A DNA stretch of 64,000 bases from Deltaproteobacteria bacterium (GTDB lineage Bacteria > Myxococcota_A > UBA9160 > SMWR01). The notes under the pieces are model-generated. The model searched no databases, had not been told where the DNA came from, and was given only the letters and a program-made list of their open reading frames with translations. The position numbers were made by a program, and so were the translations under genes. The DNA lies in NCBI GenBank assembly GCA_032128115.1, contig JAQBHB010000090.1, positions 1 through 64,000 on the forward strand, in the 5' to 3' direction. Shown in pieces: positions 31,776 to 42,007 of this stretch (its first letter is position 1; every line of letters starts with the position of its first letter).

Positions 31776-33012
31776 GTTTTCGAGGCGGGCCCTGGCGCTC
31801 GTAGCGAGCGCGCTGGAAGGTGGGGCAGGCGGAGTCGGCGGGAATCTCGTCCAGCGGCACCGACACCATCTCGGGGGTGATGCCGAGCTTCTCGGCGGCA
31901 GGCCGCAGCACCTCCAGGTCGAAACCATAGAGCGCGGCGGCGTTTTCGCCGAGCATCATGCGCACCTCGACCGGGTCCACGTCCGAGAAGGCGAGCCGCA
32001 TGTTCTCGCGTGAGTAGGGGTAGCAGCCTTCATAGTGCGGGTAATCGTTGCCCCACAGGATGCGGTCCACGCCCACCACGTCGCGTCCCTTCACGTCCTG
32101 GGGCGAAGGGAAGCTGGCCCCGTACCAGCAGTTGCGCCTGGCGTAGAAGCTGGGCGTTTCCTTCAGGGTCTTGGACTTCGAGTAGTCGACCTCTCCCATC
32201 ATGCCCATCTTCATGCCCACGTGCAGTGCGTCCATGCGCCGCAGCAGGCCCGGCGCCCAGGCGCAGCCCGACTCGGTGAGAATGAAACGTAGCTTCGGGA
32301 AGCGCTCGAACACGCCCCCCAGGATCAGCTGGCAGTAGCCTCGCTGGATGAAGAACGGCATTTCCAGCACCCACAGGGCGTCTGCGCCCTGGTCGTTGCC
32401 GTAGCCGGGGGAACCCTGGCCCGAGTGCTGGTTCACCACCAGGTCGTGGTCCTGGATCACCGCCCACAGCCGGTCGTAGTCCGGCGAGTTCAGCGGCTTC
32501 AGGTGCACGTCGTCCGGCGCGGGCAGGGGCAGCAGCACGCCGCCCCGCAGGCCGTTCTCGGCGATCCACTTCACGTCCTCGATGGCGTCGCCCACGTCGT
32601 TCAGATGGATCAGGCCAATGCCCGCGCGGCGTTCCGGCTCTTCTGCGCAGAACTCGGCCAGCCAGCGGTTGTGGGCCTGGGTCCCGGCGCGCCAGCGTGG
32701 ATAGTTCTCGGGGCTCGGCGGCGGCGACACGTGGAAGGCCTTGTCGTAGAAAGGCGGCACGGTGTTGGGGAAGATCACCTCTCCCACCACGCCGTCGCTC
32801 TCCAGATCGACCCGGCGCTCCGCCGAATCCCAGTTCTTGGTCTTCTTGCCGCCGACGTGTTTCTTGGACGGGTTCTTGTAGCCCGTGCGCCATTCGTCAA
32901 AGGGGCCGCGCAGCCCGGGATCCAGGTACTCGCGATACATCTCGATGGAGGCGCCGGCATGGGTGTCGGCAGTGACGGTCACGTACGGCCGCTGGGGATC
33001 GGTAGGGGTCAC
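31759..33012 (-). CDS. Amidohydrolase family protein
   Basis: ADTHAG, AHNRWLAEFC, GGVFERFPKL, ESG, WGNDYPHYEG; start placed at GTG 33012. Confidence 0.9.
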   Translation of the reverse strand: MTPTDPQRPYVTVTADTHAGASIEMYREYLDPGLRGPFDEWRTGYKNPSKKHVGGKKTKNWDSAERRVDLESDGVVGEVIFPNTVPPFYDKAFHVSPPPSPENYPRWRAGTQAHNRWLAEFCAEEPERRAGIGLIHLNDVGDAIEDVKWIAENGLRGGVLLPLPAPDDVHLKPLNSPDYDRLWAVIQDHDLVVNQHSGQGSPGYGNDQGADALWVLEMPFFIQRGYCQLILGGVFERFPKLRFILTESGCAWAPGLLRRMDALHVGMKMGMMGEVDYSKSKTLKETPSFYARRNCWYGASFPSPQDVKGRDVVGVDRILWGNDYPHYEGCYPYSRENMRLAFSDVDPVEVRMMLGENAAALYGFDLEVLRPAAEKLGITPEMVSVPLDEIPADSACPTFQRARYERQGPPRKPKTTG

Positions 33013-33163
33013 GAGGGCTCCTTGGAAATGGCTCCGCCCCCCCTTTTCTCGCACAGTCGGGCCCTCTCGGCAAAGCCGTGTAAGGGGCAGATCGCCCCCT
33101 GCGTGTTTCTAGCTGAGTCCGGTCGGGCCCTTGGCTCATCTGGCGGTCGTGGCCCTTCCACCT

Positions 33164-33215
33164 GGTTGGCGGCTCAGAAGAGACCTTCGGGTTGGCCGCT
33201 CAGAAGAGACCTTCG
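33164..33215. repeat. 26-bp tandem duplication spanning the fhs stop codon
   Basis: GGTTGGCGGCTCAGAAGAGACCTTCG / GGTTGGCCGCTCAGAAGAGACCTTCG (1 mismatch). Confidence 0.95.
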
Positions 33216-34876
33216 ATCTCGCCGTCTTCGCTGATGCCGATCTGGTTGGCCGCGGGCACCCGGGGCAGTCCGGGCATGGTCATGATCTCACCGCAGATCA
33301 CCACGATGAACTCCGCGCCCGCCGAAAGGCGCACCTCGCGGATCGGCACGGTGTGGCCCGAGGGCGCTCCCTTGAGTGTGGGGTCCGTGGAAAAGCTGTA
33401 TTGGGTCTTGGCCATGCAGACCGGGAAGTGCCCGTACCCGGATTGCTGGAATTTCTTGATCTGGTTGCGGATCTTCTGGTCGGCGATGACGTCGCCGGCC
33501 TCATAGATGTGGGTGGCCACTGACTTGATCTTGTCCCAGAGTGGCAGGTCGTCGTGGTAGAGCGGCGCGAACTGGGTATTCTCGCTGGCCACCAGGTTCA
33601 CCACGTGCTTGGCCAGGGTTTCCGTTCCCGCACCGCCGTCGGCCCAGTGGGACGCCACGATTGCCTCGGTTCCATGCTCGCCGGCGGTCGTTCGCACGGC
33701 TGCAAGCTCCGCCTCCGTGTCCTCGGTGAACCGGTTGATGGCGACCACGGTGGGCACTCCGAAGGTTTTCACATTGCGAAGGTGCCGCGCCAGGTTGGAA
33801 CAGCCCTTGCGAACCGCTGCCACGTTCTCGCGCTGCAGCTCCCTTGCGGGAACGCCCCCCTGCATCTTGAGGGCGCGCACCGTCGCCACCAGCACGGCGG
33901 CGGCTGGCCGCAGCCCCGCCTTCCGGCACTTGATGTTGAAGAACTTCTCGGCGCCCAGATCGGCGCCGAACCCGGCCTCTGTCACTACGTAGTCGGCCAG
34001 CTTGAGCGAGGCCTTGGTGGCCACCACGGAGTTGCAGCCGTGGGCGATGTTGCCGAAGGGGCCGCCGTGCACCATGGCCGGATTGTTCTCGAGCGTCTGC
34101 ACCAGATTCGGCTCCAGGGCATCCTTGAGCAGCACTGTCATCGCCCCATCCGCCGACAGGTCCTTCGCGGTGATGGGCTTTCCCTCGCGCGTGTACCCGA
34201 TCACGATGTTGCTCAGGCGACGCTGCAGGTCCTTGAGATTCTCGGCCAGACAGAAGATCGCCATCACTTCGGAGGCCGGCGTGATGTCGTAGCCGTCCTC
34301 GCGGGGGTACCCGTTGCCCAGGCCGCCCAGGGAGACGGTGATCTGTCGCAAGGCCCGGTCGTTCATGTCCACGACCCGCCGCCACGAAACACGCCGGGGA
34401 TCGATGCCGAGCTCGTTGCCCCAGTTGATGTGATTGTCGATCAGGGCGGCCAGCAGGTTGTTTGCGGCCCCGATGGCGTGAAAGTCGCCGGTGAAGTGGA
34501 GGTTGATGTCCTCCATGGGCACCACCTGGGCGTAGCCGCCGCCAGCGGCGCCGCCTTTCATGCCGAAGCAGGGTCCCAGGCTGGGTTCGCGCAAACACAC
34601 CATCGCCTTCTTGCCGATCCGGCACAGGCCATCCGTCAGGCCTACCGACGTGGTGGTCTTGCCCTCGCCGGCAGGCGTAGGTGAGATGGCGGTGACGAGG
34701 ATCAGCTTTCCGTCGGGTAGCCCGGCCCGGGTTTGGAGGAACTCGGCACTGACCTTGGCCTTGGTCCGCCCATAGTGTGAGAGTGCGTCACCGGGGATTC
34801 CCAGCCTCGCGGCCACCTCGTCGATGGGCAGCATCGTCGCTTCGCGGGCGATCTCGATATCAGTCTTTGCTGTCAT
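33200..34876 (-). CDS. fhs: Formate--tetrahydrofolate ligase
   Basis: [54 protein letters not shown]. Confidence 0.98.
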   Translation of the reverse strand: MTAKTDIEIAREATMLPIDEVAARLGIPGDALSHYGRTKAKVSAEFLQTRAGLPDGKLILVTAISPTPAGEGKTTTSVGLTDGLCRIGKKAMVCLREPSLGPCFGMKGGAAGGGYAQVVPMEDINLHFTGDFHAIGAANNLLAALIDNHINWGNELGIDPRRVSWRRVVDMNDRALRQITVSLGGLGNGYPREDGYDITPASEVMAIFCLAENLKDLQRRLSNIVIGYTREGKPITAKDLSADGAMTVLLKDALEPNLVQTLENNPAMVHGGPFGNIAHGCNSVVATKASLKLADYVVTEAGFGADLGAEKFFNIKCRKAGLRPAAAVLVATVRALKMQGGVPARELQRENVAAVRKGCSNLARHLRNVKTFGVPTVVAINRFTEDTEAELAAVRTTAGEHGTEAIVASHWADGGAGTETLAKHVVNLVASENTQFAPLYHDDLPLWDKIKSVATHIYEAGDVIADQKIRNQIKKFQQSGYGHFPVCMAKTQYSFSTDPTLKGAPSGHTVPIREVRLSAGAEFIVVICGEIMTMPGLPRVPAANQIGISEDGEIEGLF

Positions 34877-35240
34877 GGTTCGCAGGGTCCTCCAATCGCT
34901 CGATGGGCCCAGCGGTGGGCACTCCGGCGGTCGTTCGAGTCTGGGGAATGCCGCGGGCCGCTGCGCCCCGCACCAGCATCTGGGTGCTGATGGGAACCGT
35001 GAGCAGCACGAACAGGATGAGGAGCACCTTCTCGAGCCAGAAGGCGGCGTCGCGCCCCCCGTACATGAGGATCGATCCGCAAGCGGCAATCAGCAGCCCC
35101 AGGGTGGCAGCCTTCGTGGGCGCATGGGCGCGGGTGTAGAAGTCGGGCAGACGCAACAGCCCGATGGCGGCGCTGAGGAAGAAGAAAGAGCCCACCAGCG
35201 ACAGCACAGCGCCCACGAACGGAATCACGCCTTCACTCAT
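34860..35240 (-). CDS. mrpG: Mrp Na+/H+ antiporter subunit G
   Basis: [22 protein letters not shown]. Confidence 0.93.
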   Translation of the reverse strand: MSEGVIPFVGAVLSLVGSFFFLSAAIGLLRLPDFYTRAHAPTKAATLGLLIAACGSILMYGGRDAAFWLEKVLLILFVLLTVPISTQMLVRGAAARGIPQTRTTAGVPTAGPIERLEDPANHDSKD

Positions 35241-35490
35241 GGGGAAACTCGCCCTGACCCAGGAAGTACCCCAGTACGACGGTCGTCACGAACGTGAACA
35301 ACGCCAACCCCAACGCCGCGTCTACGAGCATGCTCGTGTGCAGGAGCAGGGTCGCCATGACCAGAAGCGAGATCGTCTCCATGGCCAGTGCCCGGTCGAA
35401 GACGCTGGGACCCCGCCACGCCCGGATCATCACCAGCAAGGCCGAGAATGCCAGGATGCCCAGGCTCAGGCTGTGGATCGCGTCGGTCAA
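35233..35490 (-). CDS. mrpF: Mrp antiporter subunit F
   Basis: RAWRGPSVFDRALAME; TTG start; C-terminal part of ORF 35233..37491. Confidence 0.88.
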   Translation of the reverse strand: MTDAIHSLSLGILAFSALLVMIRAWRGPSVFDRALAMETISLLVMATLLLHTSMLVDAALGLALFTFVTTVVLGYFLGQGEFPHE

Positions 35491-35984
35491 CTCGCCTCCA
35501 TGGCGCGCAGGGGGACCTCGAATCGGGTGCGGATCCGCTCGAGCACCTGTTCCTCGTCGCGCAGGTCGAGGACGTGAAGGCTGATGCCGAAGCTGCCGTC
35601 CTCTCCGGCCGATTCCTCGTAGGTGAGACTCCCCGGGGTGAGCGTGATCATCACGCCAAGCAGGGCCTGCATCCCCGGCGTTTCCAGCTCGCTGCGGTAG
35701 CGGATCCACCCGGGGCGGATGTCGATGCGGGGCGCCAACACGATGCGAAGCTGTTCCACATTCGCGACCACGAGTTCCCACAGGAAGTACGCAAACAGCT
35801 TCGAACCGGGCCGTGCCAAGCGCAGCGCGCGCACCAGCTGGAACGGCTTCCGGTTGGGGGTGCCCCCCAAACGCCAGATCAGCAGGCCGATGCCTGCGCC
35901 TACAGCGAAGGCGCTCCAGCCGATCTCGGCGGTGAGTCCCATCCACGCCAGGCCCGTCACGATCGGGATGAACAGGATCGACAT
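35487..35984 (-). CDS. mrpE: Mrp antiporter subunit E
   Basis: FLWELVVANV, ITLTPGSL, LHVLD. Confidence 0.92.
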   Translation of the reverse strand: MSILFIPIVTGLAWMGLTAEIGWSAFAVGAGIGLLIWRLGGTPNRKPFQLVRALRLARPGSKLFAYFLWELVVANVEQLRIVLAPRIDIRPGWIRYRSELETPGMQALLGVMITLTPGSLTYEESAGEDGSFGISLHVLDLRDEEQVLERIRTRFEVPLRAMEAS

Positions 35985-36008
35985 CAGGACACCTCCGCCA
36001 CCAGAACC

Positions 36009-37502
36009 TCAGGGAGCCTCGTACAGCCGCTGATCGTAGTGGTCGCTGGACAGCACCGCTTCGCGGTAGTCGCTGCCGTCGAGAAGCGCTTCGGCAGTGG
36101 CCATCGTGTACTGCTGGACCGGGCCGGCCGCGAAGCCGAGTGCCAGGATCAGGACGAGCATGCAGAGCAGCGGTCCCGAACCCGACCGCGGTCGGGACAC
36201 CACGGGTGTCTCGACGGGCGTGTGTTGGAACGCGAAGCGCCAGATCTTGAGCATGCTTGCCAGGGTGAAGAGCGACGCCACCACCAGCAGCACCACTCCC
36301 GGCCAGGCGCCACTGTCGAGGGCGGCCTGGAAAACGCCAAGCTTGCCGAAGAACCCGGAGAACGGGGGCATGCCCGCCAGGGAGAAGGCCGCGACGACGA
36401 AGCACGCGGTGAGTCCCGCGTCTGCTGCGAGCTGGAAATCCATCCGGCGCAGATCGCGGCTCGCGTTGCGTCGTTCGAGTTCGTCGGCAACCAGGTACAG
36501 GGTCGATTTCACCAACGAGTGGTGCACGGCGAAAAACGTGGCACCCGCCACACCCGCGGGGCTCGCGAGCCCCAGTGCCAGCACCATGTAACCGACCTGG
36601 GACACGCTGTGGAACGAGAGCAGCCGGCGCATCTCGTACTGGGAGAGGGCAGCCAGCACAGCCAGCAGCGCCGAGATTCCGCCGATCCAGACGAGCGACT
36701 GGGCCAGCAGCGGGTCGAGTACCACGAGCGGAAGGATCCGGAGCAGAGCGTAGACGCCGAGCTTCGTCATGATCCCGGCGAACAGGGCCGCCAGCGGTGC
36801 CGACAGCGTGGGGTAGGTGGCCGGCATCCAGAAGCACAGGGGCACCAGGGCCGCCTTGGTGGCGAAGGCCACCATCAGCAACGCGAGGGCCACGCGTCGC
36901 AGGTCTTGGGGGGCGTTGCCGAGACTGCGCGAGAGGTCCGCCAGGTTGACGGACCCAGCCACTCCGTAGAGCAGGCCCAGCCCTGCCAGGAAGAGCAGCG
37001 AGGCCACGAGATTCACGACGACCGCGGGCAGCGTGGCGGCAAGCGAGCGCCGGGTGCCGGGGACCTGGAGCAACAGGTAGGAGGTTGCCAGCACCAGCTC
37101 GAACATCACGAAGAGATTGAACAGATCCGCTGTGAGAAATCCCCCGAAGAGTCCCGTGGACAGCAGGAGCAACAAAGGGTGGGAACGCTGTACGACCAGG
37201 TCGCCGTGGACTGCGGGGCGCAGGGCCGAAAGTGTCACCAACAGCAGGACAGCGTGCAGGCCGATGAAGAGCGCGGAGAGCCGGTCCGCGGCGAAGGCGA
37301 TTCCGTAAGGGGGGCGCCAGCCGCCGAAAGCGTGAACGATCACGGTGCCGTCGGACGTGGCGTGGAGGAGCTGGAGCGCGAGTGCCAGGATCACGCCACC
37401 GACGCCCAACGCCGCTGCGCGCGATGCCCTCGCGGAAGGTTGAGCGAGCCACAGCGCTACTGCCGCCAGACCCGGCAGCGCGAACAGCCACACCATGTTC
37501 AC
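36009..37502 (-). CDS. mrpD: Mrp antiporter subunit D
   Basis: GGWRPPYGI, DLFNLFVMFE, KAALVPLCFWMP, TKLGVYA. Confidence 0.92.
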   Translation of the reverse strand: MNMVWLFALPGLAAVALWLAQPSARASRAAALGVGGVILALALQLLHATSDGTVIVHAFGGWRPPYGIAFAADRLSALFIGLHAVLLLVTLSALRPAVHGDLVVQRSHPLLLLLSTGLFGGFLTADLFNLFVMFELVLATSYLLLQVPGTRRSLAATLPAVVVNLVASLLFLAGLGLLYGVAGSVNLADLSRSLGNAPQDLRRVALALLMVAFATKAALVPLCFWMPATYPTLSAPLAALFAGIMTKLGVYALLRILPLVVLDPLLAQSLVWIGGISALLAVLAALSQYEMRRLLSFHSVSQVGYMVLALGLASPAGVAGATFFAVHHSLVKSTLYLVADELERRNASRDLRRMDFQLAADAGLTACFVVAAFSLAGMPPFSGFFGKLGVFQAALDSGAWPGVVLLVVASLFTLASMLKIWRFAFQHTPVETPVVSRPRSGSGPLLCMLVLILALGFAAGPVQQYTMATAEALLDGSDYREAVLSSDHYDQRLYEAP

Positions 37503-37891
37503 CGGGTGTGCTCCCGTCCCTCGAATTCGGCGAGGAGTTCTTCGGGGGTGCGGCCGACGTCTGATTCCGGCGCGGGGGCGATCTCCGGCGCGCCCCCCTT
37601 TCGCGTATGCACGGCCATGGCGACCAGCAGGTACACGCTGAACGCCATCGAGATCACGATGGCTGTGAGCACGAAAGCCTGGGGCACCGGGTCGGTGACC
37701 TCCTGGGGCTCCAGGTTCCACGTCACAATGGGGGCGTGCTCTCCCCAACGTCCCGCCGCCAGCACCAGGAAGTTCACCGCGTGGCTCAGGCAGGCCAGGC
37801 CCAGCGCCACCCGCAGCAGACTGCGGTGCAGCAACAGGAAGACGCCCACCGTGGCCAGCAGGAAGACCGCCAGCGCGACCACGGGCAGCAC
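37499..37891 (-). CDS. mrpC: Mrp antiporter subunit C
   Basis: LSHAVN, DPVPQAFVLTAIVI. Confidence 0.93.
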   Translation of the reverse strand: MLPVVALAVFLLATVGVFLLLHRSLLRVALGLACLSHAVNFLVLAAGRWGEHAPIVTWNLEPQEVTDPVPQAFVLTAIVISMAFSVYLLVAMAVHTRKGGAPEIAPAPESDVGRTPEELLAEFEGREHTR

Positions 37892-37892
37892 G

Positions 37893-38327
37893 TTACCCGC
37901 CCTCCCCGGGCCGTGCGGGTGTTTCCCACAGCCACAGGGCGGCGGCGCTGAGACCCCCGCCGACGATCATCACGACCCCCACCTCGAACAGCAGCGTCGT
38001 CTGCCACTTCCATGCGAGGGGGCCCAGCTGAAACACTCCGTGGCGGTGGGCGAGCCCGGCATCGCCGAGCAGCAGCGGAAGCACCAGGCTCGCCATGACG
38101 ACGATTGCTCCCAGCAGCGCCACCCGGTCGGGCTCGGCGGGAATGGCGCCGTGGAAGCGGCGCGCGCCGTAGCTGGTGAACCCCAGGATTCCGGCGATGG
38201 CGAACGCGAGTCCGCCCACGAAGCCGCCACCGGGGGAGTCGTGCCCCTTCAGGAGGAACGCCAGGCCCACCAGGATCGCAAAGGGCAGGATCACGCGCGC
38301 AAGCTGTTGCAGCAGAAAGCTCTTCAA
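37893..38327 (-). CDS. mrpB: Mrp antiporter subunit B
   Basis: GHDSPGGGFVGGL, LLFEVGV; TTG start at 38327. Confidence 0.9.
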   Translation of the reverse strand: MKSFLLQQLARVILPFAILVGLAFLLKGHDSPGGGFVGGLAFAIAGILGFTSYGARRFHGAIPAEPDRVALLGAIVVMASLVLPLLLGDAGLAHRHGVFQLGPLAWKWQTTLLFEVGVVMIVGGGLSAAALWLWETPARPGEGG

Positions 38328-40648
38328 CGCTCCACCTCGCCATCCGCCTGGCGCGCGGGAATCTCGCGACCCCGCAGCAGCGCCAGCGTGCCAAGGGCTG
38401 CCACCAGGACGACCAGCGTCTCCACCAGGGTGTCGAGCCCCCGGAAGTCGGACAGCACCAGGTTCACCAGGTTCTGGCCCCTGGCGATGGCAGGGCCCGC
38501 GTCGAAGTAGTAGTCGGAGATGCGCGTGTGTGTCGGCGTTCGGGCCAGGGCGAAAACCAGCCCTGCGCACACGGCTCCGACGCCCGTGGCGAACAGGAGT
38601 CTCGAGCCCTGCAGGAGCTTCGAGGGAGCCGCGGGCGGCTCGCGATTCGCTACGAAGCGAACCGCCAACAGGAAGAACACGGTGGTCAACACTTCGACCA
38701 GCAACTGTGTCATCACCAGATCGGGCGCATTGAGGAAGCCGTAGAGCAAGGCGACTGCGAAGCCCACGGCCGTGAGCGCCAGGATGCGCCCCACCTTGCT
38801 CGGCAGCCGAACCAGCAGGACCAGGGCCAGGACGAGCAGCGCCAGCACCACGGCCCCGTCCGTGTTCCAGGTGGATTCGAAGAAGCCGTCCAGGTACCCC
38901 AGGAAGGGCAGGGCAGAAACCAGACCGAGGGCCAGCAGCAGGGCCAGGTATACGCTCGGCGACGCGCTGGCCAACGCGCGGTTGCAGACGGCGCCCGCGG
39001 CCTGGGCGCCGGCCAGGAATCGCTCGAACAGACGCGGGCCGCCCAATTCCACCGGACCGCCGGGAAACCGACGTTTCTCGGACAGCCAGAACAGCAGGAA
39101 GCCGAGGCCGAGGATCGAGCCGCTCAGGATCAGCGGAACGTTGATGCCGTGCCACAGGCGCAGCTCCGGAACCTCCAGGCGATGACCCAGCAGTGCCGAA
39201 GTCATGGGCTCGAGGATCCAGCGGTCGGTGTACGCGGCGCCGAGGCCCAGGGCGAGACTCAGCACGGCGAGCAACCCGGGCGCCAACAGGAATTCGAAAC
39301 CGGGGCGGTGCGCCCGGGTCGCCCCGTCGCTGCGCGGCTTGCCGGTGAACGTGTCGAGGAAGAATCGCGCCGTGTAGGCGACGGTTCCGATCGATCCCAA
39401 CACGATTCCCAGGACCGCCATGTCGTGGAGCGGCGTGTCGGCAAGCAACAACTTCTTGAGCACCAGCTCCTTGGACAGGAAGCCGGCAAAGGGCGGCAGC
39501 CCGGCCATGGAGCCCGCCAGGATCGCCACCAATGCGCAAAGCAGCGGTGCGCGGCGCCCGAGCCCGCCCAGCTTCGAGAGCTGCCGGGTGCCCGCGGCGT
39601 GGTCGATGGCGCCGACCCCGAGAAACAGGCCCGCCTTGAACAGGGCGTGAGCCAGCAGGTAGAGGGTCGCCGCCCGAACCGCGAGGTCGGTGCCGAGTCC
39701 CGCCGTGATCGTCATGAGGCCCAGCTGCGAAACGGTGGACCAGGCCATCAGGAGCTTGACGTCGTCCTGGCCGAGGGCGCGATAGCTGCCCCAGATGCAG
39801 GTGGCTGTGCCCAGGGGAATCAAGACCCCGCTCCAGAGTGGCGAGTCGCCGAAGACGGGGAACAGGTAGAGGAGCAGGATCAGACCGGCCTTCACCATGG
39901 TGGCCGAGTGCAGATAGGCGGAAATCGGGGTCGGGGCCGCCATGGCCCCGGGCAACCAGAAATGGAACGGAACCTGGGCGCTCTTGGTGAGAATCCCCGG
40001 CAGGATCAGGGCCAGCGCCAACGTCTGTACCGCGCGCGGCAGCTCGTGGGATGCGAGTGCCGAGAGGCTCCCGGTGCCGGTTTCGAGAATCAGGTACAGG
40101 AAGCCCACCAGCATGGGAAGCGCGCCACCCACCGTTACCACCAGCGCTTGTTGGGCCGACGCGAAGCTGTCGTCGCGTTTGTCCGCGTCGGTGAGGATCA
40201 AGAAGAAGGAGCAAAGACCCGTGAGCTCCCAGAACGTGAACAGCAGCAGCAGCTCGTCCGATAGTACGAGCCCGAGCATCGAGGCCTCGAACAGGCAAAG
40301 CAGCGCGATGGCGCGGCGTCCCTTGGGAGAGGGTCCGAAGTAGGCGCCGGCGAACTGAAGCACCAGCACGCCCACGCCGGAGACCAGCGCGGCCAGCGCC
40401 AGGGTGGCCACATCGAGACGCCACGCTACGCGCAGCGACAGCGAGGGGGCCCACTCCCACGCCACGGCGACACCGGTCGCCCCGTCCACCAGCAGCAGCG
40501 ACACCAGCAGCAGCGAGGCCAGCGATCCGGCGACTCCCAGCGCGCGTGCCCACCTCTGCGCGCGTGGCAGGGAGAGCAGGATTCCGCCCACCGCCGCCGG
40601 CAGTACGACCGTGGCGCTGGCCAGCCAGACCTGCTCTGCGGGGCTCAC
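38324..40648 (-). CDS. mrpA: Mrp antiporter subunit A
   Basis: FWELT, TKSAQVPFHFWLPGAMAAPTPISAYLHSATMVKAG, APDLVMTQ, DFRGLDT. Confidence 0.94.
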   Translation of the reverse strand: MSPAEQVWLASATVVLPAAVGGILLSLPRAQRWARALGVAGSLASLLLVSLLLVDGATGVAVAWEWAPSLSLRVAWRLDVATLALAALVSGVGVLVLQFAGAYFGPSPKGRRAIALLCLFEASMLGLVLSDELLLLFTFWELTGLCSFFLILTDADKRDDSFASAQQALVVTVGGALPMLVGFLYLILETGTGSLSALASHELPRAVQTLALALILPGILTKSAQVPFHFWLPGAMAAPTPISAYLHSATMVKAGLILLLYLFPVFGDSPLWSGVLIPLGTATCIWGSYRALGQDDVKLLMAWSTVSQLGLMTITAGLGTDLAVRAATLYLLAHALFKAGLFLGVGAIDHAAGTRQLSKLGGLGRRAPLLCALVAILAGSMAGLPPFAGFLSKELVLKKLLLADTPLHDMAVLGIVLGSIGTVAYTARFFLDTFTGKPRSDGATRAHRPGFEFLLAPGLLAVLSLALGLGAAYTDRWILEPMTSALLGHRLEVPELRLWHGINVPLILSGSILGLGFLLFWLSEKRRFPGGPVELGGPRLFERFLAGAQAAGAVCNRALASASPSVYLALLLALGLVSALPFLGYLDGFFESTWNTDGAVVLALLVLALVLLVRLPSKVGRILALTAVGFAVALLYGFLNAPDLVMTQLLVEVLTTVFFLLAVRFVANREPPAAPSKLLQGSRLLFATGVGAVCAGLVFALARTPTHTRISDYYFDAGPAIARGQNLVNLVLSDFRGLDTLVETLVVLVAALGTLALLRGREIPARQADGEVER

Positions 40649-40749
40649 GGCGGCCTCCGATCAATGGGCACGCATGATAGGAGTGGCGAGCCTCGCTTGG
40701 CGAGTCTTTTGCCGGGTTTCGCCGCACAGAGCGGTGCTCTGGCGCAGAT

Positions 40750-41958
40750 CTAGCGGATCGCGCCCGACTCCCGCAGGCGGGCGATCCGCTCCTGGCTCAC
40801 GCCGAGCTCGCCAAGCACCGCATCCGTGTGCTCTCCGAGGCGCGGCGCATGGCGATCGATGGAGGCGGGGGTTCGCTCGAAGCGAATCGGCGGCGACAGG
40901 TATCGGACCGATCCAAAGCGCGGATCCTCGAGCGTAACGACGCTCTTGCGATGGGCCACCTGGGGATCGGCCAGGAAATCGTCGACGCAGTTCACAGGCG
41001 CGAAGGGGGCGCCTTCCTGGTGCGAGCGGGAGAGGAAGGCCTCGGTCGGAATCTTGCGGATCTCTTCCGACAGCAGGGGAACGAGCTCCACCCAGTGGTG
41101 GAAACGCTCGACGAGTTTTTCGAAGCGTGGGTCGCGAGCCAGGTCGAGCCTCTCGATCGCGCGACACAGCCCCGCGAACTGCGCGTCCTGGATGATCAGG
41201 CCCACCACGAACCCGTCGGCGGTTTCCCAGCAGCGGAAGAAGTCGGCGGCCACGCTGACATCGTTGGTGAGCGGCGGGAACGATCGGGCCATCATGGATT
41301 CGGGAAGCGCGAAGGCAGAGAAGGCGTCGATCATGGCGATCTCGACCCGTTGTCCGCGTCTCTCGGGATCCCGCTCGCGTGCCAGCAGCGCGGCGAGCAC
41401 GCCCGCCAGCGCCGTCAGCGCGCTCGACTTGTCCGCGATCCCACCCTGCACGAGAGCCGGCGGCCCGTCGCCACCCTGTTCGGGCATCAGGCCGATCAGC
41501 CCCTGCAATACCTGGTCGTAGGCCGGAAGCCCGGCCTTGGGGCCGTCTCGACCGAAGCCGTTCACCGCCACGTAGATCAGCCCGGGGTGGTTCTGGCAGA
41601 GCGTCTCGTAGCCCAGGCCCAGGCGCTCCATGACGTTCGGGCGGAAGTTCTCGACCACCACGTCGAAGCGGGGCACCAATTCCAGCACGAGATCGCGTCC
41701 AGCTTCGGACTTCAGGTCGATCACGATGCTCCGCTTGTTCCGGTTGAACTGGGCGAGAAAGCCGGAGAAGCCGGGCTCCCGAAAGGGCGCCCCGGCGCAG
41801 CGGGACGGGTCTCCGGCGGGCGATTCCAGCTTGATGACGTCGGCCCCCAGGTCGCCCAGGGCCTGGGTGCACAGCGGCCCTGCGATCACCGTCGTGAAGT
41901 CGAGCACCCGCAAGCCGTCACACGGCCCGCGATCCTTCCTCGGCGGTGCAGCGCCCAT
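40750..41958 (-). CDS. CoA-transferase family III (CaiB/BaiF)
   Basis: LRVLDF..IAGP, DLGADVIKLE, NRNKRSI, VVENFRP, PAYD, PRLGEHT. Confidence 0.93.
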   Translation of the reverse strand: MGAAPPRKDRGPCDGLRVLDFTTVIAGPLCTQALGDLGADVIKLESPAGDPSRCAGAPFREPGFSGFLAQFNRNKRSIVIDLKSEAGRDLVLELVPRFDVVVENFRPNVMERLGLGYETLCQNHPGLIYVAVNGFGRDGPKAGLPAYDQVLQGLIGLMPEQGGDGPPALVQGGIADKSSALTALAGVLAALLARERDPERRGQRVEIAMIDAFSAFALPESMMARSFPPLTNDVSVAADFFRCWETADGFVVGLIIQDAQFAGLCRAIERLDLARDPRFEKLVERFHHWVELVPLLSEEIRKIPTEAFLSRSHQEGAPFAPVNCVDDFLADPQVAHRKSVVTLEDPRFGSVRYLSPPIRFERTPASIDRHAPRLGEHTDAVLGELGVSQERIARLRESGAIR

Positions 41959-42007
41959 CCAGCGATCGTATCAGCATTCGAATTGCATGTAATATGGGGA
42001 TCGGCCC

